Positions 12,001 through 23,310 of a stretch of DNA of 64,000 nucleotides are shown piece by piece. Source of the DNA: Tubulanus polymorphus (lineage: Eukaryota; Animalia; Nemertea). The notes under the pieces were generated by a model that saw only the letters and a program-made list of their open reading frames with translations, was not told the origin of the DNA and did no database searches. Where the stretch lies: assembly GCF_964204645.1 (NCBI RefSeq), contig NC_134034.1, positions 12,846,962-12,910,961 of the forward strand, written 5' to 3'. Position numbers and translations under genes: made by a program. The first letter of the stretch is position 1. The number at the start of each line of letters is the position of its first letter.

Positions 12001-15000
12001 CAGAGGAGCTAGGGTTACGGTTTCGAATCAGGGTTCGTGGATTTTTCTAGCTAGAACTGGGAGAGCCTGTGGTTGGGGCTGATTACCAAATTTTCTATGC
12101 TGTATAAATAAAGCCATTTTGATGACCAATTTTTCCACTTTTGCTACAGAACAGTCTAAGACGCATAATAGGCCAACAATGGCTTCCTTTATGCGATCAA
12201 GGTAGATGTGTTTAGTTTAAAGGTTGATGATGTCATAAGGGGATTTCAAGCCATCTTTCCTCAGAGGGTCTATAGATTGTTAGTTGAGAGTGTAGCCACA
12301 CATTTAAAACAAATAAGCAGGAATTCAAGCATTTTTTATTAAAACACAACATTAAACAGAAAAACACAAAAATGTAATCAATTTTATTTGTTACATCGTT
12401 TACATTATAATAATTAGTTACAACAATAAAATAAGAGTTCAGGATTAAACATCAAGTTAAAATTGGAGCGAGTCTATTAGATTGTTATGAGGGGAGGGAG
12501 GTTGAGGGGAGGGAAGGATGGGTTGGTGCAGTTTAATACCATTATATCACTCGGGGGGTCATCGAGTGCGCTGCTGCGATTCTCGGCAGACGGAGCAGTT
12601 TCAGCAGACGGAGGAAGAATCGGAAGAATCTCCATCAAAGCCGTCGCGTCGATTCCTTCTAGTTTCGTCGGACTGACCGACGGTAGTTTCCGCGGCGATG
12701 GGGCAGACGTTATCTCATTGTTGTCGGGTTCCGATTGTTTCCGTGGCGATTGTTGTTGATGTTGTTGAAGTTGTTTTTCGAGGAGGACTTTCCCGATTTT
12801 TGTCGACTGACGACGACTGATTTTACTGACGACGTTCATCATTCGATTCTAGCAGACGTACGAATAAATTATAGCAGACGTACGATAGATTATAGCAGAC
12901 GTACGAATAAATTATAGCAGACGTACGATAGATTATAGCAGACGTACGAATAAATTATAGCAGACGTACGAATAAATTATAGCAGACGTACGAATAAATT
13001 ATAGCAGACGTACGAATAAATTAATGAACAAATGAAAAGTTTGTTCTCCCTTTTTTCTGCTTGAAAAGCTATTTAAGGAAAAATGATTTAGAAACGCAGA
13101 TTGAAATCAATTTAAAATCAAAAAGAATTAAAAGAGAATTTGAATTGAACATTTGAACACTAGTCGAGACAACGAAATAAACTGATTGAAATAAAACAGG
13201 ATTTTGTAAATAACCGACATGTTTTTACCTGGTACGTATCGTCAAGGGATTTTGTAAGTAACGGCGTTTGTATAACTACGAACGTGTTCGCGTCGGACAT
13301 CACTTGAATAAAATCATCCCACGCGTTAGAAACGCTCGTCTCCAACTTCTCTTCATCTCCGTTCAACTGACGATAACTCATTCTTATCACCTAGACAACC
13401 GATAACAATAATAATAGTTATCATCACCTAGACAACCGACAACAACCGTTAACAGTTACTATCACCTTGACAACCGGAGACAATAATAAGTTATTATCAC
13501 CAAGACGACCGACAACAATGATAACAGTTACGATCACCGAGACAACCGGAGACAACATTGACAGTTTCTATTTACGAGTGAAATGAATATTTGATTTTCT
13601 AGTTTTAAAGATTTGAATCTAGAGTTCAATGCATGGAATTCACAGTAAGGAATTCAAGAGATGACCACCGATTTACAAATTTCCCGAGTTTTCCCTGATT
13701 TCCCCATGTCACATCAGTGGCGCCACCCTGTAACTGTTCGTGCTGGGCGGTGAAGGATATGACTGTTTACCTCAAACAACTGACGTATATACTCCTGATG
13801 TTGCTGATAGTGAATTTTCTTTTCTTTGTATTGCTGTAGATTTTTCGAGTAAGCAGCAAATTTATCCAACGTCGTCTGCTTGTCTTTCATGTTCTAATTT
13901 ACAAATGAAAAAAAAACAATAATTTTTACGATCAACCACACAATTCAAATGTGAATCCAACTGCAAAACTGGTCTTAACAACTCATACAACTGGGCCCAG
14001 TTTCACGAAAAAGTTAAAGCCTAAAACGGTTAAGTTTGAATTGTTGTCCTCATTGAAAATATGAAGCGATTACACCAATTACAGCGATTACACCAAAAAC
14101 TTGAGTTTAACTTTTTTGTGAAACTGGGCCCTGGTCTAATGTTGTTAGATTAGCTATAAAGCTAAGATGGTCTTAAATCTAAACTACGCAGCAGGCTCCA
14201 ATTCAACAGTAAGAAAGTGATACCTCAAATTGAATCATCTCTATCCCTCTTCCCCACTCCTTCCCTTCCCTTCCACTCTCTCCTCACTCATACTAACCTC
14301 GATCATGACGTCCATTTCCTCGACGAACGTTTTCGCCAAGTTCCTCGTTTCCCTCGCGAGGTAATGACACAATTCTCGATGAATCTCGTTCAGACGAGGA
14401 ACGAGTAACTCGTGTATTCCATTCGTACAGTTTACGAACACGACTCGATTCCTCGTGAGGAACTGATGATCGAAACTCTTAATTCTCTCGATCCACGTTC
14501 GAATTTCTGTCAATTTTTGCTGCAACGAAAAAATTATGAATAAGGCAGTCCAGGGCCCGGTTTTATAGACTGGTATTACCTTTAACACGTGGGTTAACTC
14601 AATTGAAAATGAATTGAGTTAACCTCCGGATTAAAGGTAATACCGGTCTATAAAACTGGGCCCAGGGGTTTATTTTAAACCAGATACAGTAGAATGTGCT
14701 GTAGCGTCCAGCAAATTGTGTCCAGCCAAAAATAAAAAAATTCTATTTTGTCTTAATCCTTTCAGGGCGTCTACACTGCAGTGCTGTGTATAGATCAACT
14801 TGGCTAGTACACCGCACCATATTAATATTTCTATATTAATACAAGGCGCCACACCCCTCTCCCCATCCTGGTTTTCTGATTCAGAGTTTAAAAAATTTTT
14901 TTTTAAATCGATCAAGTTGTACAACTATTAAACGCACCTCGAAAGTAAAAGGGGGCGCTCCTTTCCATTCTGCGGTCGATTTATTCGTCCAGCTTCGAGT

Positions 15001-18000
15001 GAATTGTGAAATCTCTTTCAACCAGTTGTTTTCAGCGCAGTACTGATCAATTTCGTCGAACGCTTCCGTCATCAGAGTTTCGTATTCGTCTATAGCTCGT
15101 CTATATGACTCACTACATGCAACAAAACAATTCCGAGATGATACATAATACCCGAACATACGAGTAATCCCACAATATATTCAGCATTAGTCGCCTGGGG
15201 TCAGTTGCACAGTCGTGACTTAAGTCCAAAGTGGTCTTAAATCTTTAGACTGGTCTTCCGAACATATGAGAAATCCCACAATATATTCAGCATTAGTCGC
15301 CTGGGGTCAGTTGCACAGTCGTCACTTAAGTCCAAAAGTGGGCTTAAATCTTAAGACTGGTCCTAAGTTGTTAGGTCGGTTATAGAACTAAGTTGGTCTT
15401 AGACTGGTCTTAAGTCTAAGCCATGACTCTGCAACCGGCCCAAATTTCGTGGAAAAAAATATACAAACATTTCAGCTCTACAACTTGGTAGGGTAGAATT
15501 TGACAGCTGCAGGGCAAAATATATGAAATTTACTGATTTCTACCCTTTAGAATTCAAATTGAACTAGATAACTTGGAACCGATGAGTCCTAGCATCTAGG
15601 CTATCGCTGTTAGTAAGGTTTCAAGAAACAATCGTAGATCTGGGTCCAGTTCCACGGTTACGAGTGGAAATTTGATTCAGAGTTAACTCATTGAAAATGA
15701 ACTAACTTTAACTGTGGGTCCAGGGTCCTGATAATTCTCTATAGATAGACAAGTCACCAAATTGAAGAAAGACAGGGACAATAGTCAAACAGGGTCTAAT
15801 GAATATTTACTCGATCTCAAACTTTGCCCAAACTAAATTCGCCTGTCTTTGTTCCTTTTTTACTTTTTGAAGATGTAACCACAATCAAAAAGATGAATTT
15901 ATGAAAGTATGTTTTGACTCAATTCCATGCGTTTTGAAATGTGAAAATTTTTCTTTTTCATCATAATTGTGGATCTCTATTCATATTAAACCCAGTTGTG
16001 TTGTATAAACGTTACTTACTCTGCGTTGAGTTTCTCTTTTAGATTCTCCGCCGATAAAGCTACGAAGTCCGAACCTCGATCCGTCTGCTGTATCGGCGGT
16101 ATTATCTGACTGTAATGATGAACCAGATCGGGTGTAGCCACGCCTAAATCGTCCTCTCTCTTATCAACCGTCGCTGAAAAACATAAATACAACTCGCAAG
16201 CTTCAACGCCAAACTCAAAACAATTCTGTTCCGTGCAGCATTTAACTCTCAGAAAGCACATTTCAACTCTTACAGGATTGCCCTTAATAAATTACATTTA
16301 TTATTACCATTATCATTATTATTAATACTAACATTATCAATATCATTACTCTTATTATCATTATTATCAATTCATGTTTTTTCATCAAATAGTACTTTCC
16401 AATTGAACCCAGCTCACTGGTTATTCGAATCCGACTAGGTGGCGCTACTACTAAGCATGTCCTTCTACACACTAGCGACACCTGGTGGATCATCACTAGC
16501 CACGGTAGTAGTTTTTTAACGAACCTAGTTCTAGAGGAGTCGGCGTGTCTAATTTGAATTCGAGACTGTTCCACGTTTTTCGATCCGTCTGCTCGGTTTC
16601 GGCCGCCGTCTGCGTAATCATAGAGGGCGTCGCCGTATCGGGATCGCGTAACGACGGTAACGCTAGTTTATGACCGATCGGTTTTAAACGGAATTCCGAA
16701 TAACTGCTTCTGTTGAATAAAACAATGGAACAAATATTCAAACGGAAATCAGATTTGATTTCTAATGAAATGGACCCCAGTTCCACAGTTAGCTCTGAGT
16801 TCCACGGTTAGGACCGAGTTCCACAGATCTTGGTTGAATTAGAGTTAAAATTAATTCGATGTTTTCGCTCTTTTAAGCGAGAGGCCCGCGGAGCCGGAAT
16901 CGGACTTACTGAGATCGTTTAGTCGACCGGTATGTAGTGATATCCTCGTAGTCGATAGTCCGTACGATATCGCTGAGTTTATGAGGAATGTTGAATATCG
17001 AATCGGAAACGGAATTCATGAAGATTTCACGATTCGGACAGAAACAAAGTTCATCTGAAACGACAAAAAAAAAAAAAAAACAGAATTTGATTTCATAGTT
17101 TGGTTCAAAAGATTCCGTCGTTCAGTTTCAGTTTATTGAGAGACAAACCGTTATCGGAGAATTGTAAGAATGCTTGAAAGAGTCCATCTCTCTCGGCAGA
17201 CGCATTCTTCATCACTTCATTCACAAACGTTAAAACGTTCGATATAGAAATATCGATGAGATTGGAGAGGACGATCTGATCGATGAGTTTATAGAATATC
17301 GGTAATCTCCTGTACAGAGAGAGAGAGAGAGAGAAATAAAACAATCATTAGAAAACTGAATGAGAAAAGAGACAGACAAGATCTTCAGGGACAGGGTCTT
17401 CAGGATCAGATCTTCAGGGACAGGGTCTTCAGGGACAGGGTCTTCAGGAACAGGGTCTTAAGGAACAGGGTCTTCAGGATCAGATCTTCAGGAATAGATC
17501 TTCAGGAACAGTGTCAGGGACTTCACCAACAGAGTCTAATGAAAACTTACTTCAGGGACAGGAACAGGGACTGCAGGAGGGTCTTCAGGGATAGGGGAGG
17601 GACAAGGACAGGAACAGGGGCAGGGACAGGGATGGAGACAGGAGCAGGGGACAGGAAGGGGGACGGAGACAGGGTCTTCAGGGACAGCGACAATAGTCAA
17701 ACAGGGTCTAATGAATACTTACTCGACCTCAAACTTTGCCCGAACTAAATTCGCCTGTCTTTGTTCTTTTTTTACTTTTTGAAGATGTAACGAATCTTTG
17801 GAACTGAAGTAATAAAATGAAATTTACATTCCAGAAATACACGTTTCCAGAAACGATGGCTGCTTCCGTAAATCCACCTATGACATCATCGCAAAATCAA
17901 TTTCTCTACTCACAAAATCATTTTATGCTGTAACTGTTCCTCGCAATATTGAACTTTCTTGTACGATTCAATTTCGGTCATTTCCAAAATCATTTTACAA

Positions 18001-21000
18001 AATCTGAAAATCGAATAAAAATTAGAATACCGGTAACAATATAATTCGGCGGAAGAGTTTCCTGGTTTTAGCGTTTACCTGTAAAATCGTTCGAGCACTT
18101 TCTCGGAAAACTTCGTCTTCTGCTCTATAGTGCGTTCATACGTAACTAAGGGATACGACTGACTACAATATCAACACACAAAATATTCTGAATATATACA
18201 CGGGAATCTATTCATACAGTACGTGTGACCCCATTTAAACTTACTCTCGTTCAAGCGGTAATAATTCTAATGTCGTCAATTCTTTCATCAATCTACGGAC
18301 AAAATAGAAAAAAACAATATTTTAGCAAATTGCACGAAGCCTGGTACAAAAACGAACAAATAACAACAGGCCAGAGTCAGTACGGACAGAGTCAGACTTG
18401 ATACAGCGGAACCTTGTGTTAATATGAGTCTTGTGGGTAAAAGTGAAATTGTTGTATTAAACGCGGGTTTGATTTATATAAATATCTATAGCTGGGGACA
18501 CGTTGGAAGCTTGTAACACTTTTCCACTTCTATGGTTCAGGAATACTGAGGACTAACATACAGTCGAAATGTGAAATAAACTACGTAAGTAAATAATTAC
18601 TTTTCAACTTGTAGCAGTGCGGCGCTGAACAGCGGAACGCACTGTATCATAGAATCCTCCACGGACGAGCGCATTTTCTCGAATCGACAAATACTGACGT
18701 TTTTCTGCCATCTGAAAAATTTACATTCTCATAAAAACAAGTTTCAAATCGAAAGAAATCATGGCCCAGTTTTATTACCTTTAACCCGGGGGGCTAACTA
18801 AATTCATTTTCAATTGAGGTAACCCCCGGGTTAGAGGTTAATACCAGTATATTAAACCGGGCCCTGATATAAAAGAATGATTTTACTCGTACCTTCGCAT
18901 TGATTTTAAAACGAGGAAGTATTTAAAGAACGGTATTTTCGAGACGGCAGCGTGTAAGACGGCGTCTTTTAACCAATCGGTGAGTGACATACTCTCGGTG
19001 ACCAAACCTTGAACGTGGATCACTCCGAATGTGGAGAATACGTAATGTTCATCATCGGCCTACAATAAATATATATTACACATTATCAATATCGGTTTAC
19101 AACCTTAATCACCTCTTCATGTCTCTCACTCCCTCTGCCCTTTCCTTCTGATATCTACTCTCCCTCTCATCACTACTCTCCCTCTCCCTCTCCCTCTCAT
19201 CACTACTCTCCCTCTCCCTCTCCCTCTCCCTCTCATCACTACTCTCCCTCTCCCTCTCCCTCTCCCTCTCCCTCTCCCTCTCCCTCTCATCACTACTCTC
19301 CCTCTCTCTCTCCCTCTCCCTCTCCCTCTGATATCTACTCTCCCTCTCATCACTACTCTCCCTCTCCCTCTCCCTCTCATCACTACTCTCCCTCTCCCTC
19401 TCCCTCTCATCACTACTCTCCCTCTCCCTCTCCCTCTCCCTCTCATCACTACTCTCCCTCTCTCTCTCCCTCTCCCTCTCCCTCTGATATCTACTCTCCC
19501 TTTCATCACTACTCTCCCTCCCCTCCCCTCCCCCTCTCTGATATCTACTCTCCCCTCCCTCCCTCTTATCACTGCTCACCTTCTGTTTACTAGTTTCTAT
19601 CAGCTCGTACGGAGTGTAATGTCGTCTGTTCGCCGCGATGTTGAAATAAGCGAATTCTATTCGTCCGGTGTGAAAACATTTCATGAAATATTCGACGGCT
19701 TCTCGTCCGGTTTTCAGATGAGCTACGTCTAATAAACTCTGAAATATACCAGAAAAAAACCTCTCGCGTACATAAAACATGCCTGCATAGAATCTCTTAG
19801 CTTTCAGTTATTCAATTACCTTCACTGAAGATGAAGAGAGAGATGATGTTTTCTTTTTGAATTTTCGACTTCCAGCTGAACTCGATTGAGTTTTATCTTT
19901 CATTTCATCCTACGAATAAATTAACAGAGATTCAGGTTAACAGATCCTACATGTAAAAATACTCAGAACTGGAGTCAGTACTGGAGGTTTCCAGATTCCC
20001 AGTGGCAGGAGGGGTACTGAAGACAGTACTGGAGGTTTCCAGATCCCCAGTGGCAGGAGGGGTACTGAAGACAGTACTGGAGGTTTCCAGATCCCCAGTG
20101 GCAGGAGGGGTACTGAAGACAGTGCAAGGTTTCCAGATCCCCAGTGGCAGATGGGGTACTGAGGACAGTACTAGAGGTTTCCAGATCCCCAGTGGTAGGA
20201 GGGTACTGAAGACAGTACAAGAGGTTTCCAGATCCCCAGTGGCAGGAGGGGTACTGAAGACAGTGCAAGGTTTCCAGATCCCCAGTGGCAGATGGGGTAC
20301 TGAGGACAGTACTAGAGGTTTCCAGATCCCCAGTGGTAGGAGGGTACTGAAGACAGTACAAGAGGTTTCCAGATCCCCAGTGGCAGGGGGGGGGGGGGTA
20401 CTGAAAACAGTACTAGAGGTTTCCAGATCCCCAGTGGCAGGAGGGGCACTGGACTCAATTTTTTACCTCTGGATCCGGTAAATCTACATCCATAGCGTGA
20501 GCCGTCAGTCCTAAACAATGACCCCACAACGATTCACCTACAAACAGAAATAAAACAACGTTTTATCTCTCGTTTTATCGAGATTAAAATCCCAGATGGA
20601 ATCGCAGCAGATTTAATTACGTACGAGTAGCAGTTTCGAAGGCGACGGCCGGAAGAGATTTCCTCAAATCGCTGAACGTTAAACCAGCCGGCTGCAGATT
20701 GATCTCTTCGTATTCTTCCTACAAATTAAACAATTCAAACACTGCATCAGACATTGATTTCATGAGTCGTAAATTTGACAGCCGTGGCCTCTTTGATAAT
20801 ATGACTTCCTTCCCTGACTATTCCCTGACATGCACATTGTTTTCCTGGACTTATTCTACTAAGAATCCAATCAACAAACACAGTCAAATACGTAAGACTG
20901 TTACGGAAACTGTTTGAGTCGGCAATATCAACAAGTTTAACTGACTTTTCCCGATTTCAAAAAGAAAATTCCCCATATTTTTCCTGATTTCCAGGGGTGG

Positions 21001-22842
21001 GTTTCATAGATGTGGAAAAAAAATAGTAGTCCCTGGGAACATTTTGAAATTTGTCAGTTATAATAACCATGGTTTCTCATTGTAACTATATTGGTTGTCA
21101 CCTACAGATTGTGGATTTATCCCTAGGGATAACTTCGATACTCTGTCTATGAAACCGGGCCCAGGTAGGTGGCGCTGGCCTGTTTGTATAAAGTAGGTTT
21201 TTAGATTGTTTACTGCCTTAAATAAAACTATCAACTCAATTTACCTTTATCAAACTTTTACGTTTTGTTAAACTTACGAAATAGTTCGTCCTGAATAGAT
21301 TTTTCTTCGAAGGGAACGCGAGTTGAGTCGGGGGTGTTTTAAATTTCGACGCGATCGGAGTAAGGTTAACGCCGCGAGCAGCAGCAGACGCAGCAGCAGC
21401 AGACGCAACAGCAGCAGACGGAGAGCCGACGTTGAACGGATTTTTCCCCGTCGTTTTCGAACTGATCTTCTGCATCTCTTGCGGAAACACGGCTTTCAAC
21501 GCGTCGAAGACGGTTAGTTTATCGTCAGGATCGTCGCGTATGAAATCGTAAATACGTTCTAGATAGTGATATATCTACAAAAACAACACGAGATGAATGA
21601 GTCTAAATTAACGCAACCCGGTTTCAAAAGCCTAGTTTTAATGATTTCAATAAATAATCATTTGAGATTGAAAACCAACTGTTATACAGGGCTCAAGTTG
21701 CACGATAGCCTTCAGGGCCCAGTTCCATAGTCATGGCTTAGGCTTAAGACCGATTTAAGACCGTCTTAGTTCTATAACCGATCTAACAACTTAAGACCAG
21801 TCCTAAAATTTAAGACCATTTTTGGACTTAAGTCTCAACCAAGGAACCGGCCCCAGAGAGATAAGGCGCGATGCGGTTGCATTCTTCAGTGCTGAGTGAC
21901 AAGGAAGTGGGTTCGAGTCCCACTGATGGTGAGCGGGCAACACTTCAAAGGCCATTCCATCGTACAATCCAATTCAGGTCAGTCTCAAGAAACCAAGATC
22001 CAAATGACGTAAAGTAAGAAACAAACAAACGAAGTAAGTAAACAGTACCTCTTTGCTTCCTTGCAGTAGTTCTCTTATAGGAAACAGTGATCTGACGGCA
22101 ACACTGAGGTAATCCCACGACAGACAGCTGAAAAATATATCATACATCAACATATACTGTACGCTTTAACCAGTTCCACTTCCACTGGACTTAGTTCTAC
22201 AGCACTCGATTCCACGGAACTTAGTTCTACTGGAACCAGTTTTACCAGACATAGTTCCATAGCACTCAGTCCTAGAGGACCTAGTTCGACAGCACCTGAT
22301 TCCACAGTTCTCAGGAGTGTCAAATATTAACTGACAGTTGCTGAAAAGTTGGTTAAAGATAACCGGTGGATAAATAAAAAAGTAACAATGGACTTTTAAT
22401 TGTCACACAATGTTAACTATCCACTGGCAGCTGGTAAACTTTAACCAACCTCTGAGCAGCCCCTGGTGTGAAACCAGGTTCAGGACAAATTCACAAATAA
22501 GCATCTAAACTTTTATATTCTTTATCATTCCAAAAATGTTGAAATCGTAAGTTTTTAAACCGATGAATTTTAAACTTACTCATTCTGTTGCACAACCACG
22601 ATAATCAACTTCACGAGTTCCTGTTTGAGATTATGAATATCGGCCGGAGTGACGTCGACTTCCGAGAATTTCGCCGTCGAGATTCTCGATCTGACGTCCC
22701 TCGCCCACAACTCGGCCGGTTGAGACTCGGTATCCAGGGACGAGCGGATCGTCGCAGTTCTCACGGAACTCGACGACCGGGTTGTCGCCGTCGTCGTCGG
22801 ACGCAGCGAGGAGGATCGACGCGAGGAGCTGATTACACTCAT
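1..22842 (-). CDS. DNHD1: Dynein heavy chain domain-containing protein 1-like (tail, linker and start of AAA1); 3' part continues beyond the window start
   Basis: About 38 GT-AG exons, with phase checked at most junctions (approx.): 22580-22842, 22049-22127, 21278-21574, 20625-20718, 20467-20557, 19820-19909, 19580-19738, 18893-19059, 18601-18712, 18245-18293, 18078-18162, 17914-18003, 17723-17803, 17148-17309, 16910-17054, 16525-16709, 16020-16173, 14938-15112, 14298-14519, 13771-13894, 13229-13390, 10651-10822, 10054-10181, 9159-9329, 7463-7709, 6687-6850, 6133-6267, 5859-5958, 5503-5646, 4805-5036, 3887-4062, 2691-2922, 2465-2613, 1961-2140, 1577-1839, 1150-1282, 509-690, 1-13. Dynein motifs: RREFPRFYFLSDGELIDVMS, YDYEY..LVFTPLTDRAY, Walker A GRSATGKT, Walker B GSWVLFDE. 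The N-terminal EHYVFSTFGVIHV..IPFFKYF resembles DNHD1 (recalled, not searched). Confidence 0.88.
55..337 (+). mobile_element. tRNA-derived SINE
   Basis: A box TGGCCGAGTGG (62-72), B box GGTTCAAATCC (115-125), 3' end GCGCTGTACAAG followed by an ATT/ATC tail. No closed acceptor stem. Confidence 0.7.
1359..1516. mobile_element. Harbinger/PIF-like MITE family D (other copies approx. 20995-21161, 49139-49272)
   Basis: Ends GGTTTCATAGA / TCTATGAAACCGGGCC; three dispersed similar copies. Confidence 0.72.
2159..2450. repeat. Intronic minisatellite, 45-48 bp unit, about 6 copies
   Basis: GATCATCGAGCGTCTGCCTCCATGAATCCCCCTATGACATCATCA repeated. Confidence 0.95.
2990..3716. repeat. Intronic minisatellite, about 23 bp unit
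   Basis: CTACAGCCTGCAGCCTGTACCCT repeated about 30 times with variants. Confidence 0.97.
4508..4803. repeat. Intronic minisatellite, 25 bp unit, abutting a splice donor
   Basis: GAACTCATGGGACTGGATCCAGGAA repeated about 12 times. Confidence 0.95.
5120..5410. repeat. Intronic minisatellite, about 50 bp unit
   Basis: AACTAAGAGAGTAGTGACGTTTAGACTCAATTCTATGAGCCATTTTCAAA repeated about 6 times. Confidence 0.93.
6329..6665. repeat. 20-bp ACTGTGGAACTG-core minisatellite
   Basis: CTGGACTGTGGAACTGAGTC repeated. Confidence 0.93.
7211..7330. mobile_element. MITE family F (other copies approx. 22330-22462, 34870-34982)
   Basis: TIR GGGCTGCAGTT(G/C)CTCAAAAG; dispersed copies. Confidence 0.68.
8481..9125. 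repeat. Intronic minisatellite, 52 bp unit, about 12 copies
   Basis: ATAGTTAGATTTGCTATAGAGCCGAAATGGTCTAGTCTAAGACTGGTCTAAA, highly homogeneous. Confidence 0.97.
9593..9845. repeat. Tandem array of MITE-E end fragments, about 45 bp
   Basis: AGAGTTAACTCTAATTCACA..CTGTGGAACTGGATCCTGAGTTC repeated. Confidence 0.88.
9927..10036. mobile_element. Harbinger/PIF-like MITE family E (fragments approx. 15643-15720, 16775-16850, 34034-34110, 39348-39420)
   Basis: TIR GRTCCAGTTCCACAG; internal GAGTTAACTC repeats; CTG TSD. Confidence 0.72.
11750..12065 (+). mobile_element. Composite repeat: 18-21 bp subrepeats plus internal tRNA-like module (copy 1)
   Basis: TGATAGCGGG, then (GTCACCACACCTGACTG)n, A box TGGTCTAGTGG, B box GGTTCAAATCC and AGGGTTA repeats. 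Same layout as 25615-25862. Confidence 0.55.
12477..12848 (-). CDS. Candidate alternative (terminal or cassette) exon of the DNHD1-like gene
   Basis: Phase-0 acceptor at 12849-12850 matches the phase-0 donor of exon 13229-13390. It opens 123 codons (NRMMNVVSK...LPPLITI) ending TAA TAG, with minus-strand AATAAA at 12383-12388 and 12335-12340. CpG-rich like the true exons. Confidence 0.6.
   Translation of the reverse strand, partial: NRMMNVVSKISRRQSTKIGKVLLEKQLQQHQQQSPRKQSEPDNNEITSAPSPRKLPSVSPTKLEGIDATALMEILPILPPSAETAPSAENRSSALDDPPSDIMVLNCTNPSFPPLNLPPLITI
12851..13021. repeat. 22-bp minisatellite forming the acceptor region of the alternative exon
   Basis: AGCAGACGTACGAATAAATTAT repeated about 8 times. 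Confidence 0.95.
13994..14130. mobile_element. Harbinger/PIF-like MITE family C (other copies approx. 7813-7941, 57640-57764)
   Basis: TIR GGCCCAGTTTCAC..AAAAG; CTG TSD on both sides. Confidence 0.8.
14554..14662. mobile_element. Palindromic Harbinger/PIF-like MITE family A (other copies approx. 7350-7412, 18763-18863, 41634-41690, 48969-49082)
   Basis: TIR GGCCCGGTTTTATAGACTGGTATTACCTTTAA; near-perfect fold-back; CAG target duplication. Confidence 0.8.
15771..15880 (-). pseudogene. Partial duplicate of DNHD1 exon 17723-17803 plus its donor, lying in a downstream intron
   Basis: Near-identical to 17683-17790. It keeps the reading frame and a GTAAAT donor but lacks the original acceptor. Confidence 0.8.
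17380..17690. repeat. CAGGGTCTTCAGGGA / GGGACA degenerate repeat
   Basis: 15-bp and 6-bp periodicity fills the intron. Confidence 0.85.
19125..19575. repeat. Polypyrimidine (CTCTCC)n composite repeat
   Basis: CTCTCC runs interspersed with CATCACTA. Confidence 0.95.
19976..20447. repeat. Intronic minisatellite, 46-48 bp unit, about 10 copies
   Basis: CAGTACTGGAGGTTTCCAGATCCCCAGTGGCAGGAGGGGTACTGAAGA repeated. Confidence 0.95.
21698..22030 (+). mobile_element. tRNA-derived SINE interrupted by a MITE (21716-21853)
   Basis: B box GGTTCGAGTCC near 21910 and tail TGACGTAAA..(CAAA)n. The A-box region is split by a MITE with a CAG duplication. Confidence 0.55.
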
Positions 22843-23030
22843 TGTCTATCACTAACGCGTGTATCCTACATTCAATTTAAAACAACAATTTAAAGCAATA
22901 TTTCTCCATATTTTCTTGTTTACCTGAATATTCTTGCCCGATACATATTGCGGTACCCAATTCAGATTCAGAACTTATATAGTTAAATTAGAAAACCACA
23001 TTCCTAAAGACACTGATAACAAACCCTATT

Positions 23031-23310
23031 CATAGGCGTCCCCAAGGGGGGTGCGGGGGGTAGTGGATGCACCTCCTTTTCGAGATAGCTTACTTCTTAA
23101 GTTACTTTGTAATCAATGTTCAAGATTTTCTTGCCGATTTGACTAGTCTTTTAACTGTAAATGATTCATTTAGAGCCTGGAAAACGTCTCTAAACCCTCC
23201 AATTTTCAAAAAGTTTTTTGGGGGAGGTCCACCAAACACAGGACATTGTGCATGGATACTGGATTGATGCTAATTCGAACCCCCTATGAAAATTCCTGGG
23301 GACGCCTATG
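23031..23310. mobile_element. MITE with CATAGGCGTCCCCA TIRs
   Basis: 14-bp perfect terminal inverted repeat and subterminal G/C runs; no clear TSD. Confidence 0.65.

Noticed and set aside
13745-13770. ATATCCTT U12-type donor on the minus strand
   Set aside because: It lies inside an intron about 10 nt after a normal GT donor that already keeps the frame.
16490-16525. Apparent in-frame stop or GC-AG intron in the dynein gene (NYYRG*)
   Set aside because: A canonical phase-1 donor G|GTTCGT at 16523-16524 resolves the frame, so there is no evidence of pseudogenisation.
19109-19572. RG-rich and ER-rich ORFs resembling RGG or SR proteins
   Set aside because: They come from an intronic (CTCTCC)n repeat; only 19580-19738 is exon.
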